From contig JBAQWV010000143.1 in the NCBI GenBank assembly GCA_049299095.1, forward strand, positions 25,000-88,999: a DNA stretch of 64,000 bases, given 5' to 3'. Positions 51,089 to 60,658 of this stretch are shown here, in pieces. Each line of letters starts with the position of its first letter. Position 1 is the first letter of the stretch. The translations under genes were made by a program, and so were the position numbers. Below the pieces are notes generated by a model, which saw only the letters and a program-made list of their open reading frames with translations, was not told the origin of the DNA and did no database searches. Source of the stretch: Anaerolineae bacterium. GTDB lineage: Bacteria > Chloroflexota > Anaerolineae > JAAEKA01.

Positions 51089-52861
51089 CTATCCAGCCTG
51101 TAAGCGGTTGATCTCCACCTGCAAGATGCGTCGCAGGATCGCGATGCTGGTGGCGTAGGTCGGGTCTACCCCGAAATAACTCAGACTCTTGGCCAGCAGG
51201 CTTTGCCGCCGACTGTACGGCGTGTCCGACGTATAATGCAGCAAGCCGATATCGTAGGGCGCATTGATGAACAGATTAACAATCTCGTTCGTTGGATACC
51301 GCTGCGGATAAATGTCTTCGTAGATGGCGCTCAGGTACGGCCCGGCTTCCATCTCAATGTCCGTGTAGCCTTCACGGTAAAAGACAGCCATAAACTGGCG
51401 GTTCTGCAGGAATGTACCGCGCACCGTCACACCCTTTTGATTGTCGAATACCGTGCTGTGCAGCAGGTAGGGCCGTACATCCCCCGCCTTGAAGCAATTC
51501 TTAAAGAGGAAAGTGTTCTTCGAGTGCTCGTCGTACACTACGTTCGGGATCATCACATCACCCACGCGGCCATTCAGCGACGCGGCTTTCCCCATGATGT
51601 AGATACCCTGAATATCCGGCACTTCCGCGGCCATCTGCGAAAACACCAGATACGCCGCCATGCCCAGCGGATAATCAATGTTGATAATCAGCGCACGGCT
51701 TTGCTGAAGCATGTCCAGCCCCGGCATATGCAGCCGTGGGTCCATCCGGCTCGGCTTGAGCTGCGCCAGATCAATCACCTGGCTGCTGACATCGAGGTAA
51801 TGCGGGTTGTCCACGCGGTGAATCCCCAGCGAGCGTTCCAGGTCGAAATACTGCTCATAGCGCTGCGGATCGGCAGCCAGAAAAGAGCGCTGCATGTAGT
51901 ACAGCAGGTTTTCCTGCCCCGCCTGGCTCCCTTCACTCACCAAATGCTGCCATTCTTCCCACAAGCCTTCGGGGTTATGCTCCTGCAAATGCGCCAGGAT
52001 TTCTCCCTTGTGCTGCCGCGCATAGCCGTTCAACAGATTAGGCAGCGCGTGTGGGTTGCTGGACACAAAGTACACCGGGCGCGTATCCAGCGCATCCACA
52101 TCGCTCAGGTTCAGCACACTGTGCCACCACGACTGCACCGCCTGGCGATAATCCGACACCGAGCCAGCCAGCAAGTTCAGCCGCATGTCAGCCGGTTCCG
52201 AAGCCATGCTGCGCAACGCCGCAAAGAAATCCTTGCCCCACACGCGTTGCAGCAAGCGAAAATCATCTTCGCTCAGTCCCAATGTAGCGCGCACTTTGCT
52301 CAGCTTGCTGTCACTGATCGGCTTTTTGCCCGTCTGCCGCACCAGCCACTCGCCGATTTCAGTCTCGTGCAGGCGTTGGTGCAGCTTGTTCCATTCAATC
52401 TGATACGCGGTCAGAATCGGGATCAGGTCATCAATATCGCTAACGCTGGAGATGTACGCAGCCAGCACGCCATCCTGCGTATTGAAAAACATCTTGCGTC
52501 GCCGCGCCACCGCGAACACGCGCTGCCAGTCGCTCACCTTCACACCCGCGCGGCGCTGGAACACCTCATCCGACTGCGCCAGCAGCACCCGCTTCACCTG
52601 ATAAATGCAGGAGGGCAGGCGCATCGCTGCATACACCAGCGCCGGAATATCCGGCTCCGGGCTATCCGCCTTCGGGTGCAGGCTGGCGCGCATCCCCGCG
52701 TGGGTTTCTTCCAATGAACGCACACGCACCGATTCGCTGCTGCGCAGCAGCGAATAATAGGTACGAATGTACAGGTCTACTTCTTCGTTGATAGTTTCGG
52801 GTACGGTTCTTAACATAGTAGGTAGATTGGTGGGTGGGGAAATTGGTGCGCCCTTACACAC
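51089..52861 (-). CDS. Phosphorylase-superfamily (PNP/MTAN/AMP-nucleosidase-like) C-terminal domain protein with long N-terminal region of unknown function
   Basis: C-terminal region LIINIDYPLGMAAYLVFSQMA...IYIMGKAASLNGRVGDVMIPNVVYD...TDIEMEAGPYL resembles the PNP_UDP_1 fold (compare AMP nucleosidase AIDMESATIA). The first ~330 aa are unassigned. Start may be an internal Met. Confidence 0.4.
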   Translation of the reverse strand: MCKGAPISPPTNLPTMLRTVPETINEEVDLYIRTYYSLLRSSESVRVRSLEETHAGMRASLHPKADSPEPDIPALVYAAMRLPSCIYQVKRVLLAQSDEVFQRRAGVKVSDWQRVFAVARRRKMFFNTQDGVLAAYISSVSDIDDLIPILTAYQIEWNKLHQRLHETEIGEWLVRQTGKKPISDSKLSKVRATLGLSEDDFRLLQRVWGKDFFAALRSMASEPADMRLNLLAGSVSDYRQAVQSWWHSVLNLSDVDALDTRPVYFVSSNPHALPNLLNGYARQHKGEILAHLQEHNPEGLWEEWQHLVSEGSQAGQENLLYYMQRSFLAADPQRYEQYFDLERSLGIHRVDNPHYLDVSSQVIDLAQLKPSRMDPRLHMPGLDMLQQSRALIINIDYPLGMAAYLVFSQMAAEVPDIQGIYIMGKAASLNGRVGDVMIPNVVYDEHSKNTFLFKNCFKAGDVRPYLLHSTVFDNQKGVTVRGTFLQNRQFMAVFYREGYTDIEMEAGPYLSAIYEDIYPQRYPTNEIVNLFINAPYDIGLLHYTSDTPYSRRQSLLAKSLSYFGVDPTYATSIAILRRILQVEINRLQAG

Positions 52862-53053
52862 AGTACAACAGCCAGTGTGCCAGAGGCAGAAAAATAGTAA
52901 AATGGAATGCCAAGGTTGTACGAGGCAAGTGTCACCAACAATTTACAACCTGCCACTCACTCATGCAAGTATAGTCTAGCCCGTGCGTCTGGTCAAACTG
53001 CGGGCTTTCCTGACAGCTTGGCGGGGTCGTTGCCGCTATGGTATACTCGCGCT

Positions 53054-53704
53054 ATGACATTCACCGCATCTCCCCCGCCCCCCTCCCGTTGGCTCACCCC
53101 CGCGCGCGCCGCGCTTTTCAGTGGCGTACTGCTGGTGCTTCTAGTCGCATTGCTCCTGCTGGCCCCCGCAGAACAACAACTCGGCAATCTACTCAAGGTC
53201 ATCTATCTGCACGGCGCGCTGGCGCGTATGGGCATCTATGCCATGCTGCTGGCCGGGCTGCTTGGCGCCCTCTATCTGCTGCGGCCCCTGCCCGCGTTGC
53301 TGCGTTGGTCAAACGCCACGCAAGTAGCCGGCATGACCGCCTTCATCGTCCACTTCCTACTGAGCGTGATCCCCACACACGCCACCTGGGGCATGTGGAT
53401 CGCGTTCGATGAGCCGCGCACGCGCATGAGCCTGCAAATCATCGGCGTCGGCCTGCTAGTCATGCTGGTGCGTCACCTGCTCAACGACCACCGCTTCAGC
53501 GCGTTATCCAACCTGCTGCTGGCCGGCGCAGTGTTGCTCCTCAACCTGCGCACCGGCGTGCTGCGGCATCCACTCAACCCGATTGGCGATTCGTCATCGT
53601 CAACCATTCAAATCTTCTATCTCGCCATCCTGCTGGTCTGCGGCCTGCTGACCGCACTGCTGGCCTGGGCACTTGCCACGCGCACCGACGCGTCCACCGC
53701 ATGA
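53054..53704 (+). CDS. Hypothetical membrane protein, translationally coupled to nnr
   Basis: Start trimmed to ATG 53054 (MTFTASPPPP...). 5-6 TM helices. The ATGA overlap with the next gene suggests translational coupling. Confidence 0.45.
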   Translation: MTFTASPPPPSRWLTPARAALFSGVLLVLLVALLLLAPAEQQLGNLLKVIYLHGALARMGIYAMLLAGLLGALYLLRPLPALLRWSNATQVAGMTAFIVHFLLSVIPTHATWGMWIAFDEPRTRMSLQIIGVGLLVMLVRHLLNDHRFSALSNLLLAGAVLLLNLRTGVLRHPLNPIGDSSSSTIQIFYLAILLVCGLLTALLAWALATRTDASTA

Positions 53705-55398
53705 AAATCCTCTCCGTCGCCGAAATGGTGCGCATCGAGCAAGCTGCCGATGCCGCAGGCCATCCTTACGCCACCATGATGGAACAGGCAGGGCGCGGCG
53801 TTGCGGCCAGCTTGCTGCGCGCCCTGCATTCGTGGGACAGCAGCGGCAGCGTGCTGGTGCTGGTGGGGCCGGGCAACAACGGCGGCGACGGGCTGGTGGC
53901 CGCGCGCTATGTGCGTCAATGGCAGCCCCAGCGCCAGATCCTCGTCTACACCTGGCGGCACAGCCCGGACGGCGACGCCAACTACGAGGCCGCGCGCCAG
54001 CTCAAGATCACGCTTCAGCGCGCCGAAGACGATCCCGACTTTGCCATCTTGCAAGACGCGGTGCTGGAAGCCGATGTCATCATAGACGCGCTGCTGGGAA
54101 CCGGCGTCGCCCGCCCAATCACCGGCCAACTGGCCGAACTGCTGGCTGCGGTGCAGGAGAGCCTTGCCGCCCGCGCCCAGGCCCTTGCCGAGGCCGCCGC
54201 CGATTTCGATCCGCCCCCTCCCACCAACGCGCACAGCGCCGCGCAAGCCGTGCGTCCGGTGGCCGACTATGATTTCCTGCTCCTGCCGCCGTGGCCCGCG
54301 CCGCCCGAGCCATACATCGTCGCCGTGGACTGTCCCAGCGGGTTGAACTGCGACACGGGCCTGCTTGATCCCGCCGCGCTGCGCGCCGATTTAACCGTCA
54401 CCTTCGCCTTCCCCAAGACCGGCCATTTCATCGCCGATGGCCCCGCGGCCTGTGGCCGCCTCGAAATCGCCGACATCGGCGTAGACGACACCTTTGCCAA
54501 CACAGTACCGCTGGAACTGGCAACGCCCGCCCGCGCCCAAAGTTGGCTGCCGTCCCGCCCCAGTGATGCCAACAAGGGTACCTTCGGCAAGGCATTGCTC
54601 GCGGCAGGCTCCATCAACTACACTGGCGCAGCGCACTTGGCCAGCCTGGCCGCGTACCGTGTGGGTGCAGGGCTGGTGACCTGTGGCATCCCGGCTTCGC
54701 TGCACACTGCGCTGGCTGCGGGCGCAGTCGAACCAACCTGGCTCTTGCTGCCCGAAGCGCAAGGCGGGTTGCATCCTGATGCAGCCGCGCCACTGGCTGC
54801 GCAGGCCGCCGGGTACAAAGCCCTGCTGGTTGGCCCCGGCCTGACCCAACAACCCGCCGCGGTGCAGTTTATCCATCGTCTGATCGGCGCGGACGGCGAC
54901 AGCCTGCGCGGTTTGCCCTGGGTACTGGACGCCGACGCGCTCAACGCGCTGGCGCAGCAGGCCGACTGGCCCCGTCGCCTGCCCTCCCAGGTGATTCTAA
55001 CACCGCATCCAGGCGAAATGGCGCGGCTGTGCGATTGCGATGTGCGTACCGTGCAGGCAGACCGCATCCACCTGGCGCGCACGCAGGCTGCCGCCTGGCA
55101 GGCAGTGGTGATGCTGAAAGGCGCGTACACCGTGATCGCCGCGCCCGATGGCCGCACGGTGCTGCTGCCCTTTGCCAACCCTGCGCTGGCTACCGCAGGC
55201 AGCGGTGACGTGCTGGCCGGCGCTATCGTTGGCTTGCTGGCGCAGGGCCTGCCCCCGTTCGAGGCTACTTGCTGTGCCGGTTATCTGCACGGGTTGGCGG
55301 GCGAACTGGCACGCCGCGATCTGGGCGAAGCGGGCGTGGTTGCCGGGGACTTGTTGCCCCGCTTGCCGCTGGCATTGCGCCAACTGCGCGCAGCCTGA
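53701..55398 (+). CDS. nnr: Bifunctional NAD(P)H-hydrate repair enzyme (epimerase + ADP-dependent dehydratase)
   Basis: YjeF_N region VLVLVGPGNNGGDGLVAARYV. C-terminal carbohydrate-kinase-like region with GSGDVLAGAIVGLLAQGL. Confidence 0.8.
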   Translation: MKILSVAEMVRIEQAADAAGHPYATMMEQAGRGVAASLLRALHSWDSSGSVLVLVGPGNNGGDGLVAARYVRQWQPQRQILVYTWRHSPDGDANYEAARQLKITLQRAEDDPDFAILQDAVLEADVIIDALLGTGVARPITGQLAELLAAVQESLAARAQALAEAAADFDPPPPTNAHSAAQAVRPVADYDFLLLPPWPAPPEPYIVAVDCPSGLNCDTGLLDPAALRADLTVTFAFPKTGHFIADGPAACGRLEIADIGVDDTFANTVPLELATPARAQSWLPSRPSDANKGTFGKALLAAGSINYTGAAHLASLAAYRVGAGLVTCGIPASLHTALAAGAVEPTWLLLPEAQGGLHPDAAAPLAAQAAGYKALLVGPGLTQQPAAVQFIHRLIGADGDSLRGLPWVLDADALNALAQQADWPRRLPSQVILTPHPGEMARLCDCDVRTVQADRIHLARTQAAAWQAVVMLKGAYTVIAAPDGRTVLLPFANPALATAGSGDVLAGAIVGLLAQGLPPFEATCCAGYLHGLAGELARRDLGEAGVVAGDLLPRLPLALRQLRAA

Positions 55399-55404
55399 AC
55401 CACC

Positions 55405-56814
55405 ATGCCCCTCACGTCTTCCGTGCCAGTTGCCTTCGCCAGTCGTCGTATTATGTGGACGCTGCGCGCCCTCTGCGTGACGCTGCTGGCCCTGCACCTG
55501 GCCGCGCCGCACCTGCCCGAAGCCCAAGCTTGGGCTGTGTGGCCGTACACCTACCTGCCGCCGATTTGGCGCTGGCTGTTGGCCGCGCTGGCCGGAGCAA
55601 CATTGCTGCCAGCCGTGGCAAACCGTCTGGCCGACGCCATCACGACGCGGCCCGGTCTGCCCACGCGTCACCGCAACGCACTGTTCGCCTTCATTGCGCT
55701 GCTCTGCTTGCTGCCCTTTAGCCTGTGGCGCATCGTGCATACCCGCTGGGGAGACGCGTACATTCTGGTCAACGGTATTTCGTATCCCGATCCTGCACTG
55801 CGCGTCGGGGTGTCCTGGCGTGCGCCGATTGACCTGTGGCTGCACATTCGCCTATGGGAGTTCGGCCAGCGCCTCTGGGGCTGGACCGACGCCTGGCCCG
55901 CGTATCGCATTCTCAGCCCACTGGCAGGCGTGCTGTTTGTCTTTGTCCTGCTAAAGCTGGCCGATAGCATCGGGCACACGCGCAGCGAAAAGTTATTGAT
56001 CGCCGGACTGATCGGCACGCTGGGCTTGATGCAAATTTTCTTTGGCTACGCAGAAAATTACAGCCTGGCCGCGGCAGGTGTGTTATTATTTTTATGGTTG
56101 GCATTGGAAACACTAGCCGGACGGCGTGCTTTATGGCAGCCTGCGCTGGCGCTGGCAGTTACGCACGGCCTGCATCCATCCACGCTGGTACTGGCCCCCG
56201 CGCTGCTGTATGTGCTGATGGTTGATGCCCGGCGCACGAGCTGGCCGCGTGCACTGCTCCAGGCCGCGCTGCCGATGTTCATCGTTGGCGGCGGCATCTG
56301 GTTGCTGATGACGGCAAGCGGGCATGGGCTGGGCACGCTGGCAACCACCGATTCGCCGGGCGGCGGTGATGGTCGCTGGCTGGTGCCGCTGCGTCACACC
56401 GCCACCCGCTGGGAACATTACACGCTCTTTTCCGCCGCACATCTGCTCGACTGGCTGAACTCGCACCTGCTGAGCGCACCGGTGACGCTGGGCAGTTTGC
56501 TGATTTTGGCTGCGGCAGCCTGGCGGCAACGCATCCCCGCGGCCGTGTCTGATGCTGAAATCCGGTTTTTGTTCGTGGCTACAGCAGGTTACTGGCTGTT
56601 TACCTGGATTTGGAACCCGGACTATGGCGGGCAGCGCGACTGGGATTTGTTCAGTCTGGCCGCGTTGCCGGGTACGTTGCTGTTGGCGCGGGCTTTGCCA
56701 CGGTTCCTGCGCGCACGCGCGACCCTGAACCAGGCCGCGGTCATGCTGATCGCCGTCAGCGCCATCCACACCATCGCCTGGATTTACCAAAACACCCGAC
56801 CGTGGGAATGGTGA
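55405..56814 (+). CDS. Hypothetical polytopic membrane protein, Trp-rich
   Basis: More than 10 TM helices. No recognised motif. Confidence 0.4.
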   Translation: MPLTSSVPVAFASRRIMWTLRALCVTLLALHLAAPHLPEAQAWAVWPYTYLPPIWRWLLAALAGATLLPAVANRLADAITTRPGLPTRHRNALFAFIALLCLLPFSLWRIVHTRWGDAYILVNGISYPDPALRVGVSWRAPIDLWLHIRLWEFGQRLWGWTDAWPAYRILSPLAGVLFVFVLLKLADSIGHTRSEKLLIAGLIGTLGLMQIFFGYAENYSLAAAGVLLFLWLALETLAGRRALWQPALALAVTHGLHPSTLVLAPALLYVLMVDARRTSWPRALLQAALPMFIVGGGIWLLMTASGHGLGTLATTDSPGGGDGRWLVPLRHTATRWEHYTLFSAAHLLDWLNSHLLSAPVTLGSLLILAAAAWRQRIPAAVSDAEIRFLFVATAGYWLFTWIWNPDYGGQRDWDLFSLAALPGTLLLARALPRFLRARATLNQAAVMLIAVSAIHTIAWIYQNTRPWEW

Positions 56815-56823
56815 CAGACTCTA

Positions 56824-56888
56824 CCACCAAGACACAAGGACACAAAGCAATTATTTCTTTCTGATCTTTGTGCCTTGGTGTCTTTGTG
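56824..56888. repeat. Imperfect palindrome built from CACAAAG-type units (24-nt arms, 17-nt loop)
   Basis: ccaccaagacacaaggacacaaag ... ctttgtgccttggtgtctttgtgg. Arms complementary at 20/24 positions. A related element lies at 61622-61690. Confidence 0.55.
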
Positions 56889-56908
56889 GTAAAGTTTGCT
56901 ATGAAACA

Positions 56909-58099
56909 ATGTCTATGCCTGATTTAACTGATATCCAACCCCTCCTCACCGACGCTCAATTGGACGGCTGGTTGCTGTTCGATTTTCGCGGCATGAACCC
57001 GATTGCCGCGAGCATTGCGCCGCTGCCCGCGCACGCGATCTTTAGCCGCCGCTGGGCTTACTGGATCCCCGCACAAGGCGAACCGCAGTGGCTGGTCCAT
57101 GCCATCGAGCTGGCCCCCTTCCACGATCTGCCCACACCGCCGCGCAGCTACGTGCGCTGGGATGAACTAGCAACCCAGCTCAAGGCGATGCTGGGCGACG
57201 CGCGCCGCATCGCGATGGAATATTCCCCGCGCGGGGCAATTCCCTACGTCAGCCGCGTGGACGCGGGCACACTGGAACTGGTGCGCGGGTTGGGCGTGGA
57301 GGTCGTCACCTCTGCCGACCTGGTGCAGGCTGTGGAAGCACGTCTGACGCCCGCGCAAATCGCTGGACATCGCCGCGCCGCGGCCGCGCTGCTGCGCATC
57401 AAAGACGCCGCCTTCGTGCATGTAGCGCACGCGCTGCGCGACGGCCAGCGCATCACCGAGTACAGTGTGCAGCAATGGATTGATGCACGGCTGGCCGAGG
57501 CCGGGTTGGAGGCGGATCACGGTGCTATTGTGGCAGTCAACGCGCACGCAGCCGATCCACACTACATCCCCACCGCGCAACGTCATGCAGCGATCACGCC
57601 CGGCGACTTCCTGCTGCTGGACCTGTGGGCGCGCGAACAGCAACCAGACGCGATCATGGGCGACATTACCTGGGTGGCGCTCTGTACCGACGCAGTGCCG
57701 CGGCGTTATCAGCATATTGCAGATATTGTGGCCGATGCACGCGACGCGGCCGTGGCCTTCATCGAAACGGAGATGGCCGCGGGGCGGTCTGTGCGCGGCT
57801 GCGACGTGGACGATGTGTGCCGCGGCGTGATCGAACGCGCCGGCTATGGCCCTTACTTCATCCATCGCACCGGCCATTCGCTGGGCCACGAAGGCCACGG
57901 CAACGGTGCGCATCTTGACAACCTGGAGACGCACGACACGCGTATATTGCTGCCCAACACCGCCTTCACCATCGAGCCGGGTATTTACCTGCCGGGCGAT
58001 TTTGGCGTGCGGCTGGAAATTGACGTGTTGGTGCATGAACACGGCATCGAAATCACCACCCTGCCTCTGCAGCGGGACATCATTCCGCTGCTGGCGTAG
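56909..58099 (+). CDS. M24-family Xaa-Pro aminopeptidase/dipeptidase
   Basis: Creatinase-like N-terminal domain. M24 metal-ligand region HRTGHSLGHEGHGNGAHLDN. Start trimmed to ATG 56909. Confidence 0.75.
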   Translation: MSMPDLTDIQPLLTDAQLDGWLLFDFRGMNPIAASIAPLPAHAIFSRRWAYWIPAQGEPQWLVHAIELAPFHDLPTPPRSYVRWDELATQLKAMLGDARRIAMEYSPRGAIPYVSRVDAGTLELVRGLGVEVVTSADLVQAVEARLTPAQIAGHRRAAAALLRIKDAAFVHVAHALRDGQRITEYSVQQWIDARLAEAGLEADHGAIVAVNAHAADPHYIPTAQRHAAITPGDFLLLDLWAREQQPDAIMGDITWVALCTDAVPRRYQHIADIVADARDAAVAFIETEMAAGRSVRGCDVDDVCRGVIERAGYGPYFIHRTGHSLGHEGHGNGAHLDNLETHDTRILLPNTAFTIEPGIYLPGDFGVRLEIDVLVHEHGIEITTLPLQRDIIPLLA

Positions 58100-58170
58100 G
58101 GTGGCGGATTGGAGACAAGACCTTACCCACTTGTTTACCCATCTACCTGCCTACTCGCCTGCTTCCAACA

Positions 58171-58926
58171 ATGACACCATTGACTAACCCATCCCCCATC
58201 TCCATCGCCCTCTTCATCACCTGCGTGGCAGACCTGTATCGCCCCGACGTAGGCGATGCCACGGTTGCGCTGCTGGAGCAACAAGGGCTGACTGTGCAGT
58301 TCCCGGTGGCTCAAACCTGCTGCGGCGCCATCGCCCACGAAGCAGGCTGGCAGCCGGAAGCAATCGAACTGGCTCGACGCTGGATCGAAATCTTCGAGCC
58401 TTACGAGACCATCGTTTCCCCTTCGCCCTCCTGTGTGGCGCATGTACGCTTCGAATATCCGCGCTTGCTGGCCGCGGAACCCGCCTGGCAGCGCCGCGCC
58501 GAGGCGGTAGCCGCCCGTACCTACGAACTGAGTGAATTTCTGGTGAATGTGTTGGGTATCACCGATGTCGCTGCAACTTTCCGCGGCAAGTTGACCTATC
58601 AGCCTGCCTGCCAGCAGCTTCGTACTCTGCAAACCGACGCGCAGGCGCGGGCATTGCTGAACGGGGTGCAAGGCAGCACCGTGGTTCCCCTGGGCGATGC
58701 CGAAGCCTGCTGCGGGTTTGGCGGCCTGCTCAGCGTGCGGATGCCACAGATTGCCGATGCGATGGCCGACCGCAAGGCCAAAGCTATTGAGGCAACCGGC
58801 GCTGACGCAGTAGTGACCGGTGAAGCAGGCTGTGCACTGCACCTGAGCGACGCGCTGAAGCGGCGCGGCAGCGCCTGCCGCGCGTTGCATTTGGCCGAGT
58901 TGCTGGCTGGACAAGCGGATGAATGA
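58171..58926 (+). CDS. CCG-domain (Fe-S)-binding protein, LutA/HdrB-like
   Basis: Two cysteine-rich CCG-type regions (CCGAIAHEAG...PSCVAHV and CCGFGGLLS...). Confidence 0.6.
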   Translation: MTPLTNPSPISIALFITCVADLYRPDVGDATVALLEQQGLTVQFPVAQTCCGAIAHEAGWQPEAIELARRWIEIFEPYETIVSPSPSCVAHVRFEYPRLLAAEPAWQRRAEAVAARTYELSEFLVNVLGITDVAATFRGKLTYQPACQQLRTLQTDAQARALLNGVQGSTVVPLGDAEACCGFGGLLSVRMPQIADAMADRKAKAIEATGADAVVTGEAGCALHLSDALKRRGSACRALHLAELLAGQADE

Positions 58927-59263
58927 GCTGTTTTGGTACAACCTGGATCAACTCATCGCGGCCAGCGAGATCGTGCTTGATCGCCCCGCGGGTTCTGTAC
59001 ATCCGCGCCACACCGATATAATTTACCCGCTGGACTACGGCTATCTGGCGGGCACTTCGGCAGGTGACGGCGACGGCATTGACGTGTGGCTGGGCAGCCT
59101 GCCGGAGCGGGCGCTGGTTGGCATCGTCTGCACCGCGGATGTATTAAAACGAGATACAGAAATCAAGCTGCTGCTGGGCTGCACCTGTGAAGAAATTGCC
59201 CTGATCCAAACGTTCCTGAACCACTTTGGCCTGGGCTGCCTCATCGTACCGCGTTCTGCATAG
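58919..59263 (+). CDS. Short inorganic-pyrophosphatase-like protein (family I PPase core motifs, truncated N-terminus)
   Basis: YPLDYGYLAGT...DGDGIDVWL resembles the PPase YPxNYGFIPxT...DGDPLDVL. At 114 aa it is far shorter than canonical PPases and lacks the N-terminal E/K motifs. Confidence 0.4.
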   Translation: MNELFWYNLDQLIAASEIVLDRPAGSVHPRHTDIIYPLDYGYLAGTSAGDGDGIDVWLGSLPERALVGIVCTADVLKRDTEIKLLLGCTCEEIALIQTFLNHFGLGCLIVPRSA

Positions 59264-59287
59264 CATCTCTTCATTTTCGAGGTTCCC

Positions 59288-60511
59288 ATGACCCCATTTC
59301 CCCTCCCCGCCGGTTTTCACTTCACCGGTGTGTCCTGCGGCATCAAGCCACACACCGCGGCCTACAGCGCGGGCCACGACGCAGCACAGCCACTCGATCT
59401 GGCGCTGGTATTCAGCGATGCACCCTGCCAGGCCGCAGGCGTATTCACTCAAAATCGCTTTCCTGCCGCGCCAGTGGTGTATGACCGCGCCCTGTTGCAG
59501 GCCAATACCACCGCGCTGCAGGCAGTCGTCATCAATGCGGGCAACGCCAATGCCTGCACCGGTGAGCAAGGATTGGCCGACACCGCGCGCAGCGCCGCGT
59601 GGGTAGAGGCTGTGCTGGGGCTGCCCGCTCACTCCGCACTGGTGTTATCCACCGGCGTGATCGGCCTACCGTTGCCGATGGACAAGATCGAGGCGGGCAT
59701 TGCCGCGGCCGCCGCGCACCTGCGCACAAACGACCCCACAGACGGCCTGAACCTGGCCGCGCGTGCCATCATGACCACCGACACGCGGCCCAAACTGGCT
59801 GCGCAGCGAGTGGGGCAGGCCACGCTGCTCGGCATCGCCAAGGGCGCGGCCATGATCCATCCCAACATGGCGACCATGCTCGGCGTGCTTGTCACCGACG
59901 CCGCGCTGGACGCCGCCACCCTGCACGCGTTGCTGCGCGGCGCGGTGGATCGCAGCTTCAACGCCATCACGGTGGATGGTGACACCAGCACCAACGATAC
60001 GGTGCTGCTGTTGGCCAATGGCGCGGCTGGGCCGGTGGACACGGCCGCCTTTGCTGCGGCCCTTGCCACGGTTTGCACCGACCTGGCGCAGCAGATCGTG
60101 CGCGACGCGGAGGGTGCCACTAAGTTCATCACGGTTCGCGTGACGGGGGCGGCGACAGCCGCCGACGCGCGACAGGTGGCGCAGACCATTGCCACCTCGT
60201 CGCTGGTGAAGACCGCGGTCTACGGGGGTGATCCCAACTGGGGACGCGTGCTGGCCGCGGCCGGGCGCAGCGGCGTGGCGCTCAATCCGCAGCAGTGCGC
60301 GCTCTGGTTCGCCGGTGATGGCGGCGCACCTTATCAAACCGTGGCGCGCGGTGTGCCGTGTGCCTACGACGAAAGTGTGGCCGCGGCGATTTTTGCCTGC
60401 CAGGAACTGGAAATTCACCTCGATTTGGATGCTGGTACAGCCGAAGCGACGCTGTGGACCAGCGACCTGACCCATGACTACGTGTCGCTCAATGCGCATT
60501 ATCGGACATAG
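59288..60511 (+). CDS. argJ: Bifunctional glutamate N-acetyltransferase / amino-acid acetyltransferase
   Basis: ArgJ autoproteolysis site ATMLG (PNMATMLGVLVTDAAL). Family-typical length of 407 aa. Confidence 0.85.
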   Translation: MTPFPLPAGFHFTGVSCGIKPHTAAYSAGHDAAQPLDLALVFSDAPCQAAGVFTQNRFPAAPVVYDRALLQANTTALQAVVINAGNANACTGEQGLADTARSAAWVEAVLGLPAHSALVLSTGVIGLPLPMDKIEAGIAAAAAHLRTNDPTDGLNLAARAIMTTDTRPKLAAQRVGQATLLGIAKGAAMIHPNMATMLGVLVTDAALDAATLHALLRGAVDRSFNAITVDGDTSTNDTVLLLANGAAGPVDTAAFAAALATVCTDLAQQIVRDAEGATKFITVRVTGAATAADARQVAQTIATSSLVKTAVYGGDPNWGRVLAAAGRSGVALNPQQCALWFAGDGGAPYQTVARGVPCAYDESVAAAIFACQELEIHLDLDAGTAEATLWTSDLTHDYVSLNAHYRT

Positions 60512-60658
60512 CAAGGGTACACTGGTATACAAGTAGACTGGTAAATAGCAAACAAGACGGAAGATGCTCCCTTACGCCGCCGCGTCCTTGGGAGTTCACA
60601 ATTGTTTGGAAGCACTCATTTACCAGCTTACCGCCTACCAAATGCCGAAGGAGTTTTC

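Noticed and set aside
51203-52717. 504-aa plus-strand ORF
   Set aside because: Antisense to the 51089..52861 minus-strand gene, which carries the PNP-like motifs. Arg/His/Gln-rich low-complexity translation. Spurious.
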